Assembly: GCF_023055435.1 (NCBI RefSeq)
Contig: NW_025963890.1
Coordinates: 72,292,001 to 72,356,000, forward strand
DNA length: 64,000 nt
Source: Haliotis rufescens
Lineage: Eukaryota
Direction: 5' to 3'
The position numbers and the translations under genes were made by a program. Below the pieces are notes generated by a model. That model worked only from the letters and a program-made list of their open reading frames with translations, was not told the DNA's origin and searched no databases. How positions within the stretch are numbered: the stretch's first letter is position 1; each line of letters begins with the position of its first letter. Shown here piece by piece: positions 1 to 14,116 of the stretch.

Positions 1-441
1 GTACGATTTAAAGTGGCGAAATGTGCTGTTTTATCATGCGTAACAAATTTTCGAGTCAATCAAATTATTTGCAATTAATTATTTTACACCCCAGGAAATT
101 TAATATTCTACATCACTGCCTAATCTAAAAGCTGGAGGTGCACCAAGTGCCGCGCGACCGCAATTGTCGCACAGCGTTTACTTTTCTGTTTACATCGTCA
201 GGAAAATAACTCGGCATCAAGATTGAGGAAGGCATCGAGCGAGACACACAGGCTGGAAGATCTTAAGTAACACATGACCTACAACGTCACAATAGAACTA
301 CGTTTTGCTCAGGACACCAATGTTCTATCACTCAGTAGAAAACCACCGCCCAAAATAGCACGGAAAGATAAGTTCCATTTTGGGGGTAAAGCAGCGGCAG
401 GAATGAGAGCTTGATGACTACCAGTGCGTATATCAATACAG

Positions 442-758
442 GTGAATGAGTGTGGTTTTAAGGCTTATAAGTGTATTAATGTAGGAGGACATGTACCACT
501 TTGGTGAACACCACGAGCACGTGCTGACAAACCAAATCTCATATCAAGGTCGAATGTGGGATCCAAACCACGATCCTGACATAGCTAAGGGACACAACTC
601 CGCGCACCCGGCGCTCTTAGGGCCCGCTTCACAAAGCAATCGTAGCGCCACTACTGTCATAATACACCGTCATTATGTTTAAAGTATTTGAGTTACAATC
701 GTCTTAGCGCTACGATCGCTGTGGAACAGGATCCTGGGTCACTGGGCCATTGTGTCTC
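442..758 (-). mobile_element. Diverged SINE family B copy interrupted by a MITE
   Basis: Shares taccactttggt...gctgacaaacc...aagggac.caact...gcgct.tta with the other B copies and resumes as ...cactgggcca after the MITE at 620-734. Confidence 0.55.
620..734. mobile_element. Short palindromic MITE, same family, diverged
   Basis: gggcccgcttcacaaagcaatcgtagcg ... cgctacgatcgctgtggaacaggatcc; core in opposite orientation to the 33463 copy. Confidence 0.7.
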
Positions 759-2929
759 AATAACAATAATGTCTATAATAGATATTCAAGCCTTTTATGT
801 AATGTAATGCAACAAGCTGGAATCCACACGATCCAATATGTCTGCTAGTACGGTTTATGTTCACTGCGCAGTTCGAAGCGCCGTATATCGGGATATATTT
901 AACGACATCGTCTCAGTTATTCTGTCCCCATCATGAAGCAGCACAGCTGAGTATCATAGTAAATCATCAAAGATACAACGTGATATACCAAACAAGAAGG
1001 GGATTAATTCCCATTTTACGACATGTCACATATGGATTACGGCAAATGTGAACCGGGAGAAGCGCTTCAACGTTCACACAATTATGAAATTATTGTTAAA
1101 AACAACAACAATTATTTAAATATTTTTATAGGCTAAGTGTTGGTCTAATGCAGTACAAACAAAGGCATTTAATGACACACTATTCATCCTTGTTCAAAAG
1201 ACAGCATGACGAAATGGATGCGACATCTAGGCTTGCTAAAGCTACAGCTTCCTGCATTCATCATGATCATTTTGGTAAGGTGACACAGCAGAATTTACAA
1301 CGATCGCCATGAAGTTAATTCTCTTCATAGCTCTCCAGAAATCTGAGATTTTGAAACCTAAAATAGTTGAGAATATATTTTTCCATGGTTACCGTCATAC
1401 CAACAAGCCGACATGAAAACTGAATAAGGTTTCAACTAAATAATCCAATTATGCTTTTCAGTATTTCATACAAATATATTTTATTATTTCAAATATGAAT
1501 TCAAAGCATCACAACTCATGCTATGTAAGAATAAATCAAACTGTATAGCCACTTAAGGTGTGTATTTATGATGAAATACTGCTTAACATTCGCCCCTAGT
1601 GTTTTTGGAGCCAGCCTTTCTACTACTGAAGCATGGGAAAATATCACAAGCCAAATCACGTTTGAAGTAGCGGAAATACGGGCTTCCTTTTAACCGCAAT
1701 GCACCCTGGGTCATCTAGTGTGAAGGCCCGTATGTCTAGGCGTGTAGGTCAGCTTGCGCATCCACTGAAAGGGTTAACGCACGACTTGCTCTATATATTC
1801 GTCGATCTGTACCCTATTAATATATGTCTAGTTGTGTCAACATACGCCACATCAAATGCCATATAGCATTTATTGAGCTACACATCAAACCATTCCAAGG
1901 GTCACAAAGGTGATAAATGGACTTCATTTTCAATCTTGACTCTCGGCGTTTCATTTTTAAAAGACCAAAAAAGCAACCTATTAAAAGAAGTCCATTGGCA
2001 ATTTCCTTCCCAAACATCGTTTTTCCAGCTGATCATATATCAAGTGGAAATATCGCGAGATGCTTTCACTGGCCGCCATGTTTGATCAAATAGCAGGCTG
2101 TACAGGAATATTGACGTTTAAATTTGCAGGCCTAAAAACAGGGGAAGGCAATGTCTTTCTTTGTCATTGTTACACGCCTACAAATATCTTCAAAAGGGAC
2201 AATAAGATCAATATGTTTAGTTGGGATAATGCATCTTTCTATTGTGGGCCTGTGTGACAGCGAGTTAAGACAAGATGAACCGACAAATAAACACCTTGGA
2301 TTTGAATCAAAACGCCATGTGAGCTTTGACGTTGTCATTGCTTTAAACTTTCATGAACACACGTAACCGTCGAAATAGATTTATTGTTTGGGATTTAAAT
2401 CAAATAGAATCAAACTTGCTGTTTTGAAAACTTGAGAAAAAAATGTTACGCTTTTTGTACTTCGAAAGCCGTAGCCTAAAGCAACTTCTCTTTGACAACC
2501 AGGACAAAATATAATAATCACAAATATCCAATCTGCATGTTTTGTTTTTTATCCAAGATAATTTGGTCTTGAAACTTTTGATAAAATGTTAAATTTCCGA
2601 ATCAAATATTTTCAATGGAACAAATCAAAGTGATCGCGGCTCGCACATGTTCATCTTGTCGATCAAATCAGTGGCAGAGCATTTGAATTTAATCTCGACA
2701 TTTTTAACATGATTAATACAATATGCATATTCCACATTACAGGAACTAGTTGCTTCAAAGGTCATACCAATAACTGATGTATTTCCAGAATTTCCAGAAC
2801 GTTCCCAGCTGAAGGAGAGTCATTTAGCTTGTAAAAGTGTGACAAAATCGTATCAGTTTCCTCTATTGTCCAACCAAGGAACGGGTCTAATGGTAGCTAA
2901 TGTTTTACTAATTGTCTGGTGTCTTGGCT

Positions 2930-3365
2930 ACTTATCACCTCCGTCCCCAGAGACAATGATGTATTCTTCCAGGGCACCGTGGACAAACTCCCAATCCGCC
3001 ATACGATCATTCTCAATTATTCAAGAAATACTTACAGGGATGGCTTTGCCGTTCGATTTAGTCCGTGGACTCGCTAAACAACATAATGGATGATATAAAT
3101 TATGCATGACAAAATACGCTGGTCCGTAATTGGAGGGCCCTTTGAGGCCACGAACGCCGGGGGTCCATGGACCATGGTAGGAAGACGGTTTGTTTGCTGG
3201 TGGAAACACGTCATTAGGACCAGGGAAGACGGGCACCGGTGTTGGTATTGTGACACCTGTCCTGAGTATAACGGTTGTAAACACTCTCGGAAGTAAAATG
3301 AGTAGAGGTATTTTAGGAATTGCGGATGGACGTTGTTGTAGGGTGTTTTTAATCCTCAAGTTGTC
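2930..3365 (-). mobile_element. Decayed non-LTR retrotransposon AP-endonuclease relic (L1/Tx1-like)
   Basis: Motif remnants in the correct order across frameshifts: N-x-(R/stop)GLK ~3350, VIL-QD (LQETH-like) ~3265, SYHG..GV ~3175, HNLYHP (NIYAP-like) ~3095, IIVSGDG (IIxGGDFN-like) 2941-2960. Confidence 0.5.
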
Positions 3366-3397
3366 ATTTCGTGCGGCATTGGTCGTCCTTGTTATTA

Positions 3398-3920
3398 GAT
3401 GCGGAGAGTATCATGCATTGTATACCTGTATTGAATGCCGATATTATCATGCATTGTATACCTGTATTGAATGCCGATATCATCATGCATTGTATACCTG
3501 TATTGAATGCCGATATTATCATGCATTGTATACCTGTATTGAATGCCGATATTATCATGCATTGTATACCTGTATTGAATGCCGATATCATCATGCATTG
3601 TATACCTGTATTGAATGCCGATATTATCATGCATTGTATACCTGTATTGAATGCCGATATTATCATGCATCAACCAAGTCAGCGAGCCTGGCCATCCGAC
3701 CCCGTTAGTCGCCTCTTACGGCAGGCATGGGTTGTTGAAGACCTATTCTACCCCGGATCTATGCGGGTCGGATGTCGATATTATCATGCATTATATACTT
3801 GTATTGAATGCCGATATTATCACATACTGCATACCTGTATTGAATGCCGACGCTAGTATACATTGTATACCTGTAATTGTTGCTGACGTCAGCATGTATT
3901 GTGTGCTTGTATTGGATGCC
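3398..3920. repeat. 36-bp minisatellite (tattatcatgcattgtatacctgtattgaatgccga), ~7 near-perfect copies plus decayed copies
   Basis: Direct inspection; interrupted at 3664-3769. Confidence 0.95.
3664..3769 (-). mobile_element. 5' part of retroposon family C, inside the 36-bp minisatellite
   Basis: Colinear with 58503-58623; joined to the minisatellite at catgcat. Confidence 0.8.
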
Positions 3921-4279
3921 ATGCCCGTGTTTGTCAGTGTAACAGCATGTTGCTAGCCAGATGAGTGCGACTGAGTCCTGTCCCGACATCCTGTTGCCAG
4001 CCATGTTAGTGTGACTGCATCCAATTGCTTTTCGGTTGAATGCATTTTACGCACCTATAAGCAACCTGCACTACAATCTTTGCAAAATGTACTCTGAGGT
4101 CTATTATTTACATTGGAACAGTAGACCCCACATGTTAACTCGGTACTTCTAGAATAGTTATCTGCTTATACATATCAGGAACCAGTGTTGGTTAAGGTGA
4201 CCTTACTTTACACTTCCAGAACATTGATTAAGTCAGAGGTTTCCATGATTTACCTCGGTGTGTACTGACGGAATGAATA

Positions 4280-4484
4280 TACAGCGAAATCCCTTTATTC
4301 GGTCAAGCATATCTAGCAACCATTCTTTTGATATTTTGCCATTGGAAAAAAGAGTTTCTATTATGAAAGGGACAATACTATGGACCTATTACTCGCAAAT
4401 CCGGACATCTGTTATTCTGGACATTTGTTAATCCGGACAATTTTACTTGGAAAATCCCGTCCGGATTAACAAGGTTTCACGTTT
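4280..4484. mobile_element. Decayed pogo/Tigger-like MITE
   Basis: tacagcgaaatccc...ccggattaacaaggtttcac with repeated aatccggaca subterminal motifs. Confidence 0.45.
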
Positions 4485-6406
4485 ACCGGGGGTGACGTTA
4501 ACAAGACCTTCAACTTCTTTTTAAAAAGTAAATAAACAAATAGGAGGGATGTAAATTTAATTGAAATTAACATGTTGCGACAAGCCAATTTGGGTAAAAA
4601 TACGTTAATGCAACTCTTGAATCAACAGCGGCGGGTGATTCCCTGCAAAGGTCAGAGTGACCATCATCAATGGAAAATCAAATATAGCGTGAGATTCCTC
4701 AGAATAAACCTTGTAAACAGCCACATCAATAAAACGACGCAATCATGTAATGTACAAACATTTAACAAACACCAACATTGAACAAACAGAAATAATGAGA
4801 GCCTGGGGCTCAATGGGCATTGTGCATTGCGCTGTGACATCACAACCGAACAATACGTTACAACCATACGTCCGTCAAACAATCTTGTTCAACCCTGGCT
4901 GCAAATAGCACCAGAGCGAAAGTGTTGACAGAAGTTGCCATTACTGGAATTATCACCTCTTTCGATATCAATATTACATCTCGTAGGTAAACAGGGTTGT
5001 TGTGTTTGTTCCGTTAATGAGGAAGAGAGTTAACACGGGCGTCACGCACGGTAAGGCATCAAAGTCAGTGATAATTTCTGTCCTGATATTGATGTGGGCA
5101 TGTTCAAGAAAGACAGTGCAGATAACGTATTATTATGATTATAGTTATTAACGCACGCACAAAATTAGGTCATTTTGAGCAAACCATTTAAATGATTTTT
5201 GTCACGATACTGTAAAAATACTGAGTTTATCGATTGCTAGGAATATCACAGGAACAACGTGATTAGCATCGTATGTAGCATGAAGCATAGTAATATCATG
5301 TGATTATAATCGAATGTACCTCTCATGCTACCTCTCATAATCGTCGCCCTGTTGTTATCAGGATATTAATAAAAGAACCAGTTTTATCTTACTAATATTA
5401 ATTATGTCATGATTTGGGAACATTTCTAGAGTTCAATCACTGTTTTTTGAAGATAACGTGGACGAATTGGGCATGAGCACATGTAATCTACACTGCAACT
5501 TTTCCATCCCATGTATCAGGTTATATCTGGATATAAATACAAGTTTATGCCTAGGTGCTCGTGGCTGAAAGTGTATGGATTGACACGAAGTCGGCTAATA
5601 CTCTTTTTGACAAAACGACCCGGCTCGTTCTTTAGCCCTGGTTATAGTGATGAGGCTTCGCTGTCGATATTGATTAAATAAACGACATCTGAAAATCATT
5701 AAAACAAAAGCGATATTTTTTTGCAAATAGCAAATTTATGACCCAGATTCGTCTTTATATGATGCTAATGTGCCATATCGGAGACCAAATATTATCATGC
5801 TGGGAGAAATGGGATAATGAAACATAAAAACATGGATGGAGAATTTACTGTTATTTCTATTGTGTGCTCGTGACAACATAAAGCCGGCAATCTGAGATGG
5901 TTTTCTCTTAAGAAGAAACACGACATTGTAAGGGGACAAAATAATGTAGGAGTCGTGTTGCCCGCACTTCTAACAGGCTTATGCAGAATATGATTAGAGC
6001 AGTTTAAAAAAACTGATATCATTGTTCGCATCCATTAAGAAGCATCGTATGGGGGGGTTATGACGATAAACCGGAAACTGTCTGTTGTTAAAGGTTGACG
6101 ACAAACTGTAAACGCGTGAATTGTGTTTTATGCCGCTTAGAACAGTATCTAAATTATTTCATAGCGCGTCACTATATTTGGGATGGTTGAGACGATGACC
6201 ATCGATGTTGTTAATCACTTTACCGAACTTCACGATTTTGATACTGAACCAAAGTTTCATTATCAGGCCGATTCTGGAAATCGGAATACATTCAGCAGAT
6301 CCTGGCACGAGTAAGGGACGCAAATCTGCACAGCGATTTTTACACGACTGGGTCAACCGTACCCCCGTGACTATGTGTACGAGTCTCATATGCGATTGTG
6401 GCATGA

Positions 6407-6655
6407 GTGAGTTGGGTTAACGCCGCTTTGAACCGTATTCCAGTTATATCACGGCGTGTCAGCTTGATGTGAGTGGAAGGCCTGAAGTGATACAGGTCTC
6501 AGACGTTTACCACTTTGGTCAAACGAGAGTATGGTGCAGACAAACCTAGAAACATAATCAGGACGAACCAGGATTCGAACCAACGATCATAGGTTTCGCG
6601 TCCCCAAGGGACGCAAGACTGCAGCGCTTTAGACGAACGGGCCACCCTTGTCCCC
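6407..6655 (-). mobile_element. tRNA-derived SINE, family B (long variable-arm head)
   Basis: Minus strand GGGGACAAGGGTGGCCCG...GGTTCGAATCC head; tail ...AAAGCGGCGTTAACCCAACTCAC; 13-bp TSD gatt(g/a)tggcatga (6394-6406 / 6656-6668). Confidence 0.85.
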
Positions 6656-6786
6656 GATTATGGCATGAAAGTTGGTAATACTCAAGTCAATCTAGCCGTT
6701 GTAAAACAGTGTAAATATATATTAGACAATTTGTTGACTGTATCATTGTGGACATAGTAACCGGGCCACACTATCGGTACTGTACA

Positions 6787-7012
6787 GTGATTAAGTTTGG
6801 TTTAACGCCGCTTTCAACAGTATTTCAGTTATATCACGACGTGTCAGCTTAATGTGGGAGGAAAGCCGAAGTGATACAGGACTAAGATGTATATACCACT
6901 TCGGTCAAACCCATGAGACGTGATGCTGACAAACCTAGAAACATAACAAGGCGAACCGGGATTTGCACCCATGATCACAGGGTTCTGGCATGTCTAAGGG
7001 GCGCAACTCTGC
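6787..7012 (-). mobile_element. SINE family B copy
   Basis: Colinear with 6407-6655 (gtgtcagctt...gtgatacagg...gacaaacctagaaacataa). Confidence 0.8.
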
Positions 7013-7331
7013 ATAGCCAATTGCGGCTTCTGAAATGATTTGTCATTCTGGGTCGGTAGACAGCTTATGAGATGATATGAAACAAAAGAGACATTGATAC
7101 ATATAATGAAACTCAGCATGCGTGACTGTGTGATTATTAGTTTAATTATTCATCCAAGCACCTGGCTGACTCACGGCCATCATGGTGACAGGAGATATTT
7201 TGTTCAATATTTGTCCTGATTGGCAACAGCGAGCATTGCTGATGATATTGCAATCTTAGGAGATACGATCATATGCGGAGATGTAGAGGAATTATCTTGA
7301 GAAATCATTAGACCCTGCGATCAGCGAGTAC

Positions 7332-7657
7332 GGGGGGGGGGGGGGGGGGGGGTTGGGGGGAGTGGGTGTGGTATCCGTGTGATTGTCTGGTCTTGTGTGA
7401 TGTGGTGCGGTGTGGTGTGGCGTGGCGTGGCGTGGCGTGGCGTGGCGTGGCGTGGGGTGGGGGTGTCTGTGTGTAAATGTGTGTACGGAGAGGAGGGGGG
7501 GGGGGGGGGGGGGGTTGATGGTGTGGAGTGGTGTGGTGATGGGGAGTGGTGTGGTGGTGTCTGGGTGTGTTTGTGATGTTTGTTTGTGTGTGTGTGGGGG
7601 GGGGGGGGGGGGTGTGTTTCTTGTTGTTTGGTGTGGTGGTCGTGGTGGTGGTGGGTG
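7332..7657. repeat. G-rich low-complexity tract: poly-G runs, (GCGTG)n, (GTGTG)n, (GGT)n
   Basis: Direct inspection. Confidence 0.9.
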
Positions 7658-10600
7658 TGTATTTGTATGTCTAATTTATCTAAATAACTTAACACCGATG
7701 CAGACTAAGAATTAACGTCTGCCGCCAAACCATGTAGCTAAAGCATGATGACAGTTATAGGGTAGCTGAAGGTGAGCTCTGTCGGGATGATGAACGTACG
7801 CACCACGTTGACCTTGACCTCAACCTCATGACCTTAACTTATCTTCTGATTAATGGAAACCGTCATCCCTTAGTTCTCGTCAAGCTGACTTCAAGATACA
7901 GAGATAGCAATTTATACGACAAAAACAAAGGAATTCGGCCAATTTCTCGTTCATTGCATGTTGGGTCGTTCACAGATCCGGGTTTGGAGAGACCATTGTG
8001 CATATCTGGCGAGATTCCTGGAATCAGGTCCTCCTCTACTGCCTGACAACAATTATAAATCTTTGTGTCGGAATTCTGTACAAGAGTGTAGTAGCCATGC
8101 AGAAAATAGAGCTGGGATGATGAAGGTCCCTGCGTGCACCCACCACAATAAAACATCTTGCTGTTATTGTGAGGAAGGAAGATCCTTTGTGCAGAGGCGC
8201 CGAAACTCAGACGACAAGGTCCCCAGTCGGCCAACGCCGAATGCCAGGCCCCAGGTGCATAATTAACGTTAAATTACCAATCTTTAATTTTAAGACGGGG
8301 ATGTGCGTCCTTGCAAGGAGCCACATCTTAGGGGTCGTATCAAAATCTCAAATATGATTTTTATATCGATTTTCATAGCAATATTCTTGTAAAATATCAT
8401 TTTTTAAAATATCACTTTTATTGCATTTTTGATTAATCCTATTAATTTTCTTACTGTGTGTGAATTTTTGGGTTATGACGTTTTGACATCTCCCCTCTTG
8501 GTGAGTAGAGGAATGGCCTGGGCCCATGTCAATGTTATCAGTGTTAAGTCATTACCGGAGCACACACACTCACTGTCCATTACGGTGTATTAGCAGTTGG
8601 TGCCAACGACTTGGGTGCTAACCAACGCACTTTAGAAAGGGTAATGAGTAAGACCGCTTGGGACTATTTAATCCCACTGGCAAGGAACACCACACTTGAC
8701 TGAGGGGGATTTAATTAAACACATTTTTCAGAGATAAAATTAATTGCAATTTTTCAACGCCTTGTAACGAAGACCTGCTGAAGGCCGGCACCGACTAACC
8801 CGCTTAAACACAAACATGACAAATCTTACACGCTTCTGAGAAAATACCAATCTGCTGGTTGAAATATGTTGAAGGGCCTTTCAATGCATTGAAAGGAACC
8901 ATATCACATGTCCCCCTAATCTAGATGACCTTATTAAGATTAGAACACCGAATTGGGACACCAGGACGCATTGACACGTCTGTGTTTTTAACATGCGAGT
9001 CGGTATCACGCAGACACAGAAAGCTCCGTGTCATGTAACGTCTCCCATCTCATACTCTTGACACTCATTTAACTGGACGACCGAACTTCCCTTTCGTAAA
9101 CATTTGGTCCTCTTTACACTTGGTCGAATTGTTCGTGCTACTATGTAAACTAGACCCTCGCATTACTGGACGGCTCGGTCTTCCATCCGGTAAACTGGAC
9201 ACCCGTTAAACTGGATGTCATGTCTACCTACTTCTTACACTGGGCCCTCGTTAAACTGAGCGGTTTGGTTTTCATAGAAACAATAAATCCGTGTTAAAAC
9301 TTGACGGTTTTGTCTTCCTACTACATATACCGGACCCTCGTTTAACTGGGCGGTTTGGTTATCTATGATATGACACTGCCATACAGTGTAGATTGTTCGG
9401 AAACGAAATGATTTTAATTCCCCTGAAGTCATAAACCCGGATTCGACTTATCCGACAATCGAGTGATCCGTTTCAAAACTATCCAGGAACGATCGAAGAT
9501 GTCCGGAAAAAAGATAGACTTTAAGATAGACTAACATTGTGTCCTCTGAAATATAATCACGTTAACATTTTTTGTTATGTTTTAATAAATAACAGAAAGG
9601 AGCACAAAGAATACCCGAAACTGACACGAAATCTAGACTTGACAAAGTGGTAGGTTCCGATATTTGTATTTCTTGATTTGTATGGGAAATTTCCATAACG
9701 CTAATTTTTCTTGGGAGTTGCATGGCCTGTATAAGAGATTTCCATAACGATAAAAACAGAGCATGAGGAGAGAATCTATTAGTGAGCTTTTACTTACTTA
9801 TCCAAAAGTAGATACTTAGTGCCGACGCTATTGACGCAATGGCCTCGTTGTGAGATGCTGTGTTTGGTGATCTGCAGTTTGCCTTGAGCCACGCCACTCT
9901 GGTACCAGGTGCCACGCCACTCCAGTGGGAACGTACAGTGGAAGGCTGAAATTGACAACACAGGTGTTAGACATGTAGCTAGTTATGTCCACATCGATCA
10001 CACATTCATGACACATCTACACAGACGGAAATGTGTGTGTTCGCAGTGTCGCCACTGACATTCAGTCATACTTTTCATCACTGCTTTGGCTTTAACGCCA
10101 AATGGAATATGTTTCGGCAGATAATGGAGACTGGTTGTTCTATTGTTTACGGTTTACTATTGGAAGATACGAAACCAAATATAAGCACACAGATCATAAA
10201 GAAACATATTTTTGAGACAGATACATGATACACGTCAATCTCCATGTCAGAACCACCGACACGTGCAGAAAAAAAATTAATAAGAAGTTTTGATAGCATT
10301 GCTGCTTAAATTATATTACAAAAAAAACCCATGGTGGACATTTAATAAGTAGCACACGATAGAAAAGCTTATGTGGAATTAAAGTTTGAATTAGTGAAAG
10401 ATAAAATCTACAAATATTCATAACAGTTCATGATGATTACAATCGTCCGATCGTCGGCATGGTAAATATCCATCACAGTTATTCTGGGATGTGAAATGGA
10501 AACATGAATCTTTTAAATATTTTTTCATATCAGTATGTCAATAAAAAATTCATTCATCCTAAAATATGAATTACATTTTACATAAAGGTAGAATGGCGGC

Positions 10601-12580
10601 AGTTCGGGGTGTATCAAGTACGGGACAGATCCCAAGCGGAAATTTATACAGGCTAAACGCAACATGTCTATCAATATCTGAACTCGCGATAAGTTATCAA
10701 TCTTAAAATAAATTATATGTTTCACAAAAGTATAATGGCGACGGAATGGGAGGTATTCAATACTTGATACTGTGACCTCGTGACGGCGATGTATCCCAAA
10801 CAGGGATCTTATATAGGCTAAACGCAATGTGTCTATCAATCAGTGTTCTGGGATAGACACAGATCCTGCCCCGCGTTTCGTTGCGTGCGTGCAACCACTA
10901 CCACAAGCATCCCTGGCAACGCTATTCCACTATCAAAATATTATCTTATCTGAATTAAATTTGCAAGACTGATAAATTACAGTGCGCCCGGGAGTGTGTG
11001 GAACATGAGAGATAAGATGTGATGAATTGGGAGGTCTTGTGTAGAACATGTATGTAATCCTGTTGGCGTAATCTGGCAGCGTTTTGAGTGGTAATTACAT
11101 ACAGACATGACGGTAGTATTAATCTACAGCCGCAGACAACGTCCATGCCGCCGGAGCGAGCCTGTGGTATCTGTTTTAAAGACAACGTCAGTCCCCGTAT
11201 CGAACGTTCACCGTGATTGTCAGCGTGGACGTAAGTGCTTGTGATTAAATCAGAAAGCCATTTCCTGTGGTATAGGTTTCGGTTGAATCTCTGTGTCCGT
11301 GTTTACAAAGCTGTTGATGGATGTTTCGTGAACATGTGTGAGTGTGTCAATAATAAGCTGTATTTTGATATCCCAACACGATCATGTCGAATTTACAGAC
11401 ATTCCGGACTAAATGAATGTAGTTATTGCTCCGTCAAAACTAATCAAAACTATCATAACATAGTTTGCCCATTGTCCGTCAATCACGTCACACACATTGA
11501 ACAAACGAGAGCCTGTTCCATTGCCTATGCGGCTCGGCGCGAGCTGTTCAGATGAAACCTACGATCGACCGAAGATTAATGACAAGGCTCATCTGTTTGC
11601 CGTTCCTCATATTTCAGATTGTCATTTATCAGATTCCAAACATCCATGGCGGTAGTGGACGGTAAAGGGCCTCCGTGTCCGCTAGACAATGGTAACAAGT
11701 TGATGGTGACACCGGATACAGATCATACAGAAGTCTTAATCCACTGAAGGGCAGAACCAGACCAGAATCACGTCCAGGACATGTCACAGCACTGGTCATG
11801 TGAGTCATCATAACTGATGTCCATGATCAGATTCTCATCAAATAATGTGCAAGGCCGACAGTAACCTATCGCAGATACAGATATTATAGTATCCACCATC
11901 TCTACGATTTGGCTTAATTAACTTTGGCATAACTCACTTTAATCTAGCCAGTCTATTGGCTATTACTCGGGGTTCTCAGCGCTGCGCTGGTGTTTTTGTT
12001 ATCAGAAGAAATTCGCTAAAAGCCAAGCAATTATTTTTAACCATGGCGGTCAGAATTTGCTAATAAATATATCGCTTAATGAGAGGCATTTTTGACAAAA
12101 CCATTAATATTTTCGTCTTTGTGCGAAAGTTAATGAAAATCTTGGCAAGTTCAAACTCGCGGCCGGCCATAATCGACTTTGGGTTGCTAAATTTGCCTGA
12201 AATTAATCACTCAAGAATATGGCTATTGTTCCCAACTTGGTCGTGTGTGTGTTGGGGCGTTGTCAAAAAGAGGTGGTCGACAACCCACAAACACGCGTTG
12301 CATCATACGACAAAAACAACATGCCCTAACTCCGAAGACCACTCTGTTGTGGAATTATGCAGAGCATATTACTGGGGATCATCGATGAAGCTCTTTCTAC
12401 GAGAAAATTCAGACAGCTACACGACACTTATTATGTAAATGAAATTCAAACGGGAAACCGATAATCGCGATATGGACTTGATGATTAGAGAAAATGCCTT
12501 GGTATTTCAATTCATCAAAAACGTAATCTGCTAGAAATGACGTTATTCTGAACGCCCGATCCCCCCACTTCCTGTTATAA

Positions 12581-12743
12581 GGGCCGATGGGGTAGCCTCG
12601 TGGTTAAAGCGTTCGCTCGTCACGCCAAAGATACGGGTTTTATTCCCCACATGGGAACAATGTGTGAATCCTATTTCTGGTATCCCCCAGCGTGATATTG
12701 CTGGAATATTGCTAAAAGCGGCGTAAAACCATACTAACTCACT
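12581..12743 (+). mobile_element. tRNA-derived SINE, family A
   Basis: A-box-like TAGCCTCGTGG, degenerate B box, tail GATATTGCTGGAATATTGCTAAAAGCGGCGTAAAAC-(ACTC)n. 15-bp TSD, 13/15 (12566-12580 / 12744-12758). Confidence 0.9.
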
Positions 12744-13882
12744 CACTTCATGTAATAAAGAAGTCACGCGACCATGTAACCAGGTTTCATGACTTATGTT
12801 GGTCTGTCATACAGACCCTGAATCAAATATATCCAATACAGCCCATGCAAGTCTGGCAAGTCTAGATTACTGCAGTATCAGGAAAGTCTCTGGGCTCCTT
12901 TTTATTATATTTTATAACAATAATTTAACAACTTTTTTCTGTAAATTATGTTTATTTCAGAGACTAGATAATAGTCTAGACTTATGTCAATAGTATCAGG
13001 TTTGTCTTATAAACAAAAACTTTCCAATACAATGTTGTCCGTGTCAAGACACAAACAGGCAAACATGTAAATTTGTATTCAAGCGGGACCTATAATCTAT
13101 TTCATTGACAGTCATAATCACGTATGAGAGTGGGTTTTTTCGCTGCTCTAAGTAAAATTCACTAGGGCAGGCAAGGCACAAACCCCGACATCGAACTCGG
13201 GGCATCGGTGTCACAAGCGAATACCCACTGACCCTGGGCGTTAGAGAGGACATTTTGCATGTGTGCGGCAGATGACGTTCCGGCGTTGGTGATTATCTTA
13301 AGCTATTACAGTGTTCAATTAGATATTTGACGTTAACGCTGCTAGAATTGATGTTATACTTTGCTCATTTGATTGCTTCTTCACGTGAATGTAGATTCTC
13401 AAGAACGTAAATAACAGCTAGCCAAAATAAAACAGAATCCAGAACAAAATAAAGATTCCGTCTACACATAAATGGCATATTGCGTCAGCTGGCTTAAAAT
13501 AACATACAGGCACATGTTTTAAAACAATAACGTACAGAAGACGACCTTCGAAAATACTTCCGGTTCAAATGTCAAGGTCAATGCGCCGCGCAACATGGCG
13601 GCCTAACGTTGTCATTCCCGTGTGTGTACATTCACGAGCCGCGCCGTGGTTGACGTGAAGTGCTGTATCTTCTATCGGGGTCATATAGTACAATTTCCCG
13701 TCAAGCCATAAGGAAGCAATTAACACAGACCGTCGACTCCACATAGTATTCTGTTCTATCATAAACTTGACATTTACAAATACCAATAGGGCCGTATTCG
13801 GTTGTTCTATAATTATAGAGATTATAGTACAGTATTCTTATAGCAACTAAGCTTGAACTTGTGTATGGTAAAGATATTATTA

Positions 13883-13945
13883 ACCCGGTCAATGGATCAG
13901 TGTGCCCTCGATTTCATTCTCAGCTCCCTGGGGAGTATACAATTA
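13883..13945 (-). mobile_element. Old SINE 3' fragment, paralogous to 28279-28340
   Basis: cccggtca.tggatcagtgtgc..tcgatttcattctcagct.cctggggag.atacaa occurs at both loci. Confidence 0.6.
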
Positions 13946-14116
13946 CCCAAGTTGCCTACGAGGCGCTAGAAGGGCAACGGTCACCATTTCATCCTCCCGG
14001 GTATATATTCGAACAAGACCATCCATCTTACTGCTCTCTGCGACCAACGATGCTTTACTTTAACCGATTTGTGACCTATGCGTTGTATACAGGAAGACGT
14101 GACACCACGTGCCAAA

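Noticed and set aside
3036-3073. 38-nt candidate micro-exon on - (tttag|...|gtaagt), phase-compatible with the signal-peptide exon (ASPRTKSNGKAIP)
   Set aside because: It lies inside a LINE endonuclease relic and such short matches arise by chance in 50 kb; it would need junction reads.
3190-3856. ORFs with repeated YYHALYTCIECR (CxxC, zinc-finger-like) and a 36-bp repeat of CRISPR-like length
   Set aside because: Head-to-tail minisatellite open in several frames on both strands; no spacers, no cas genes, no C2H2 spacing, eukaryotic context.
11107-11236. + strand ATG-to-GTAAGT 41-codon candidate exon
   Set aside because: Weak exon-side donor, no recognisable protein features and no partner exons.
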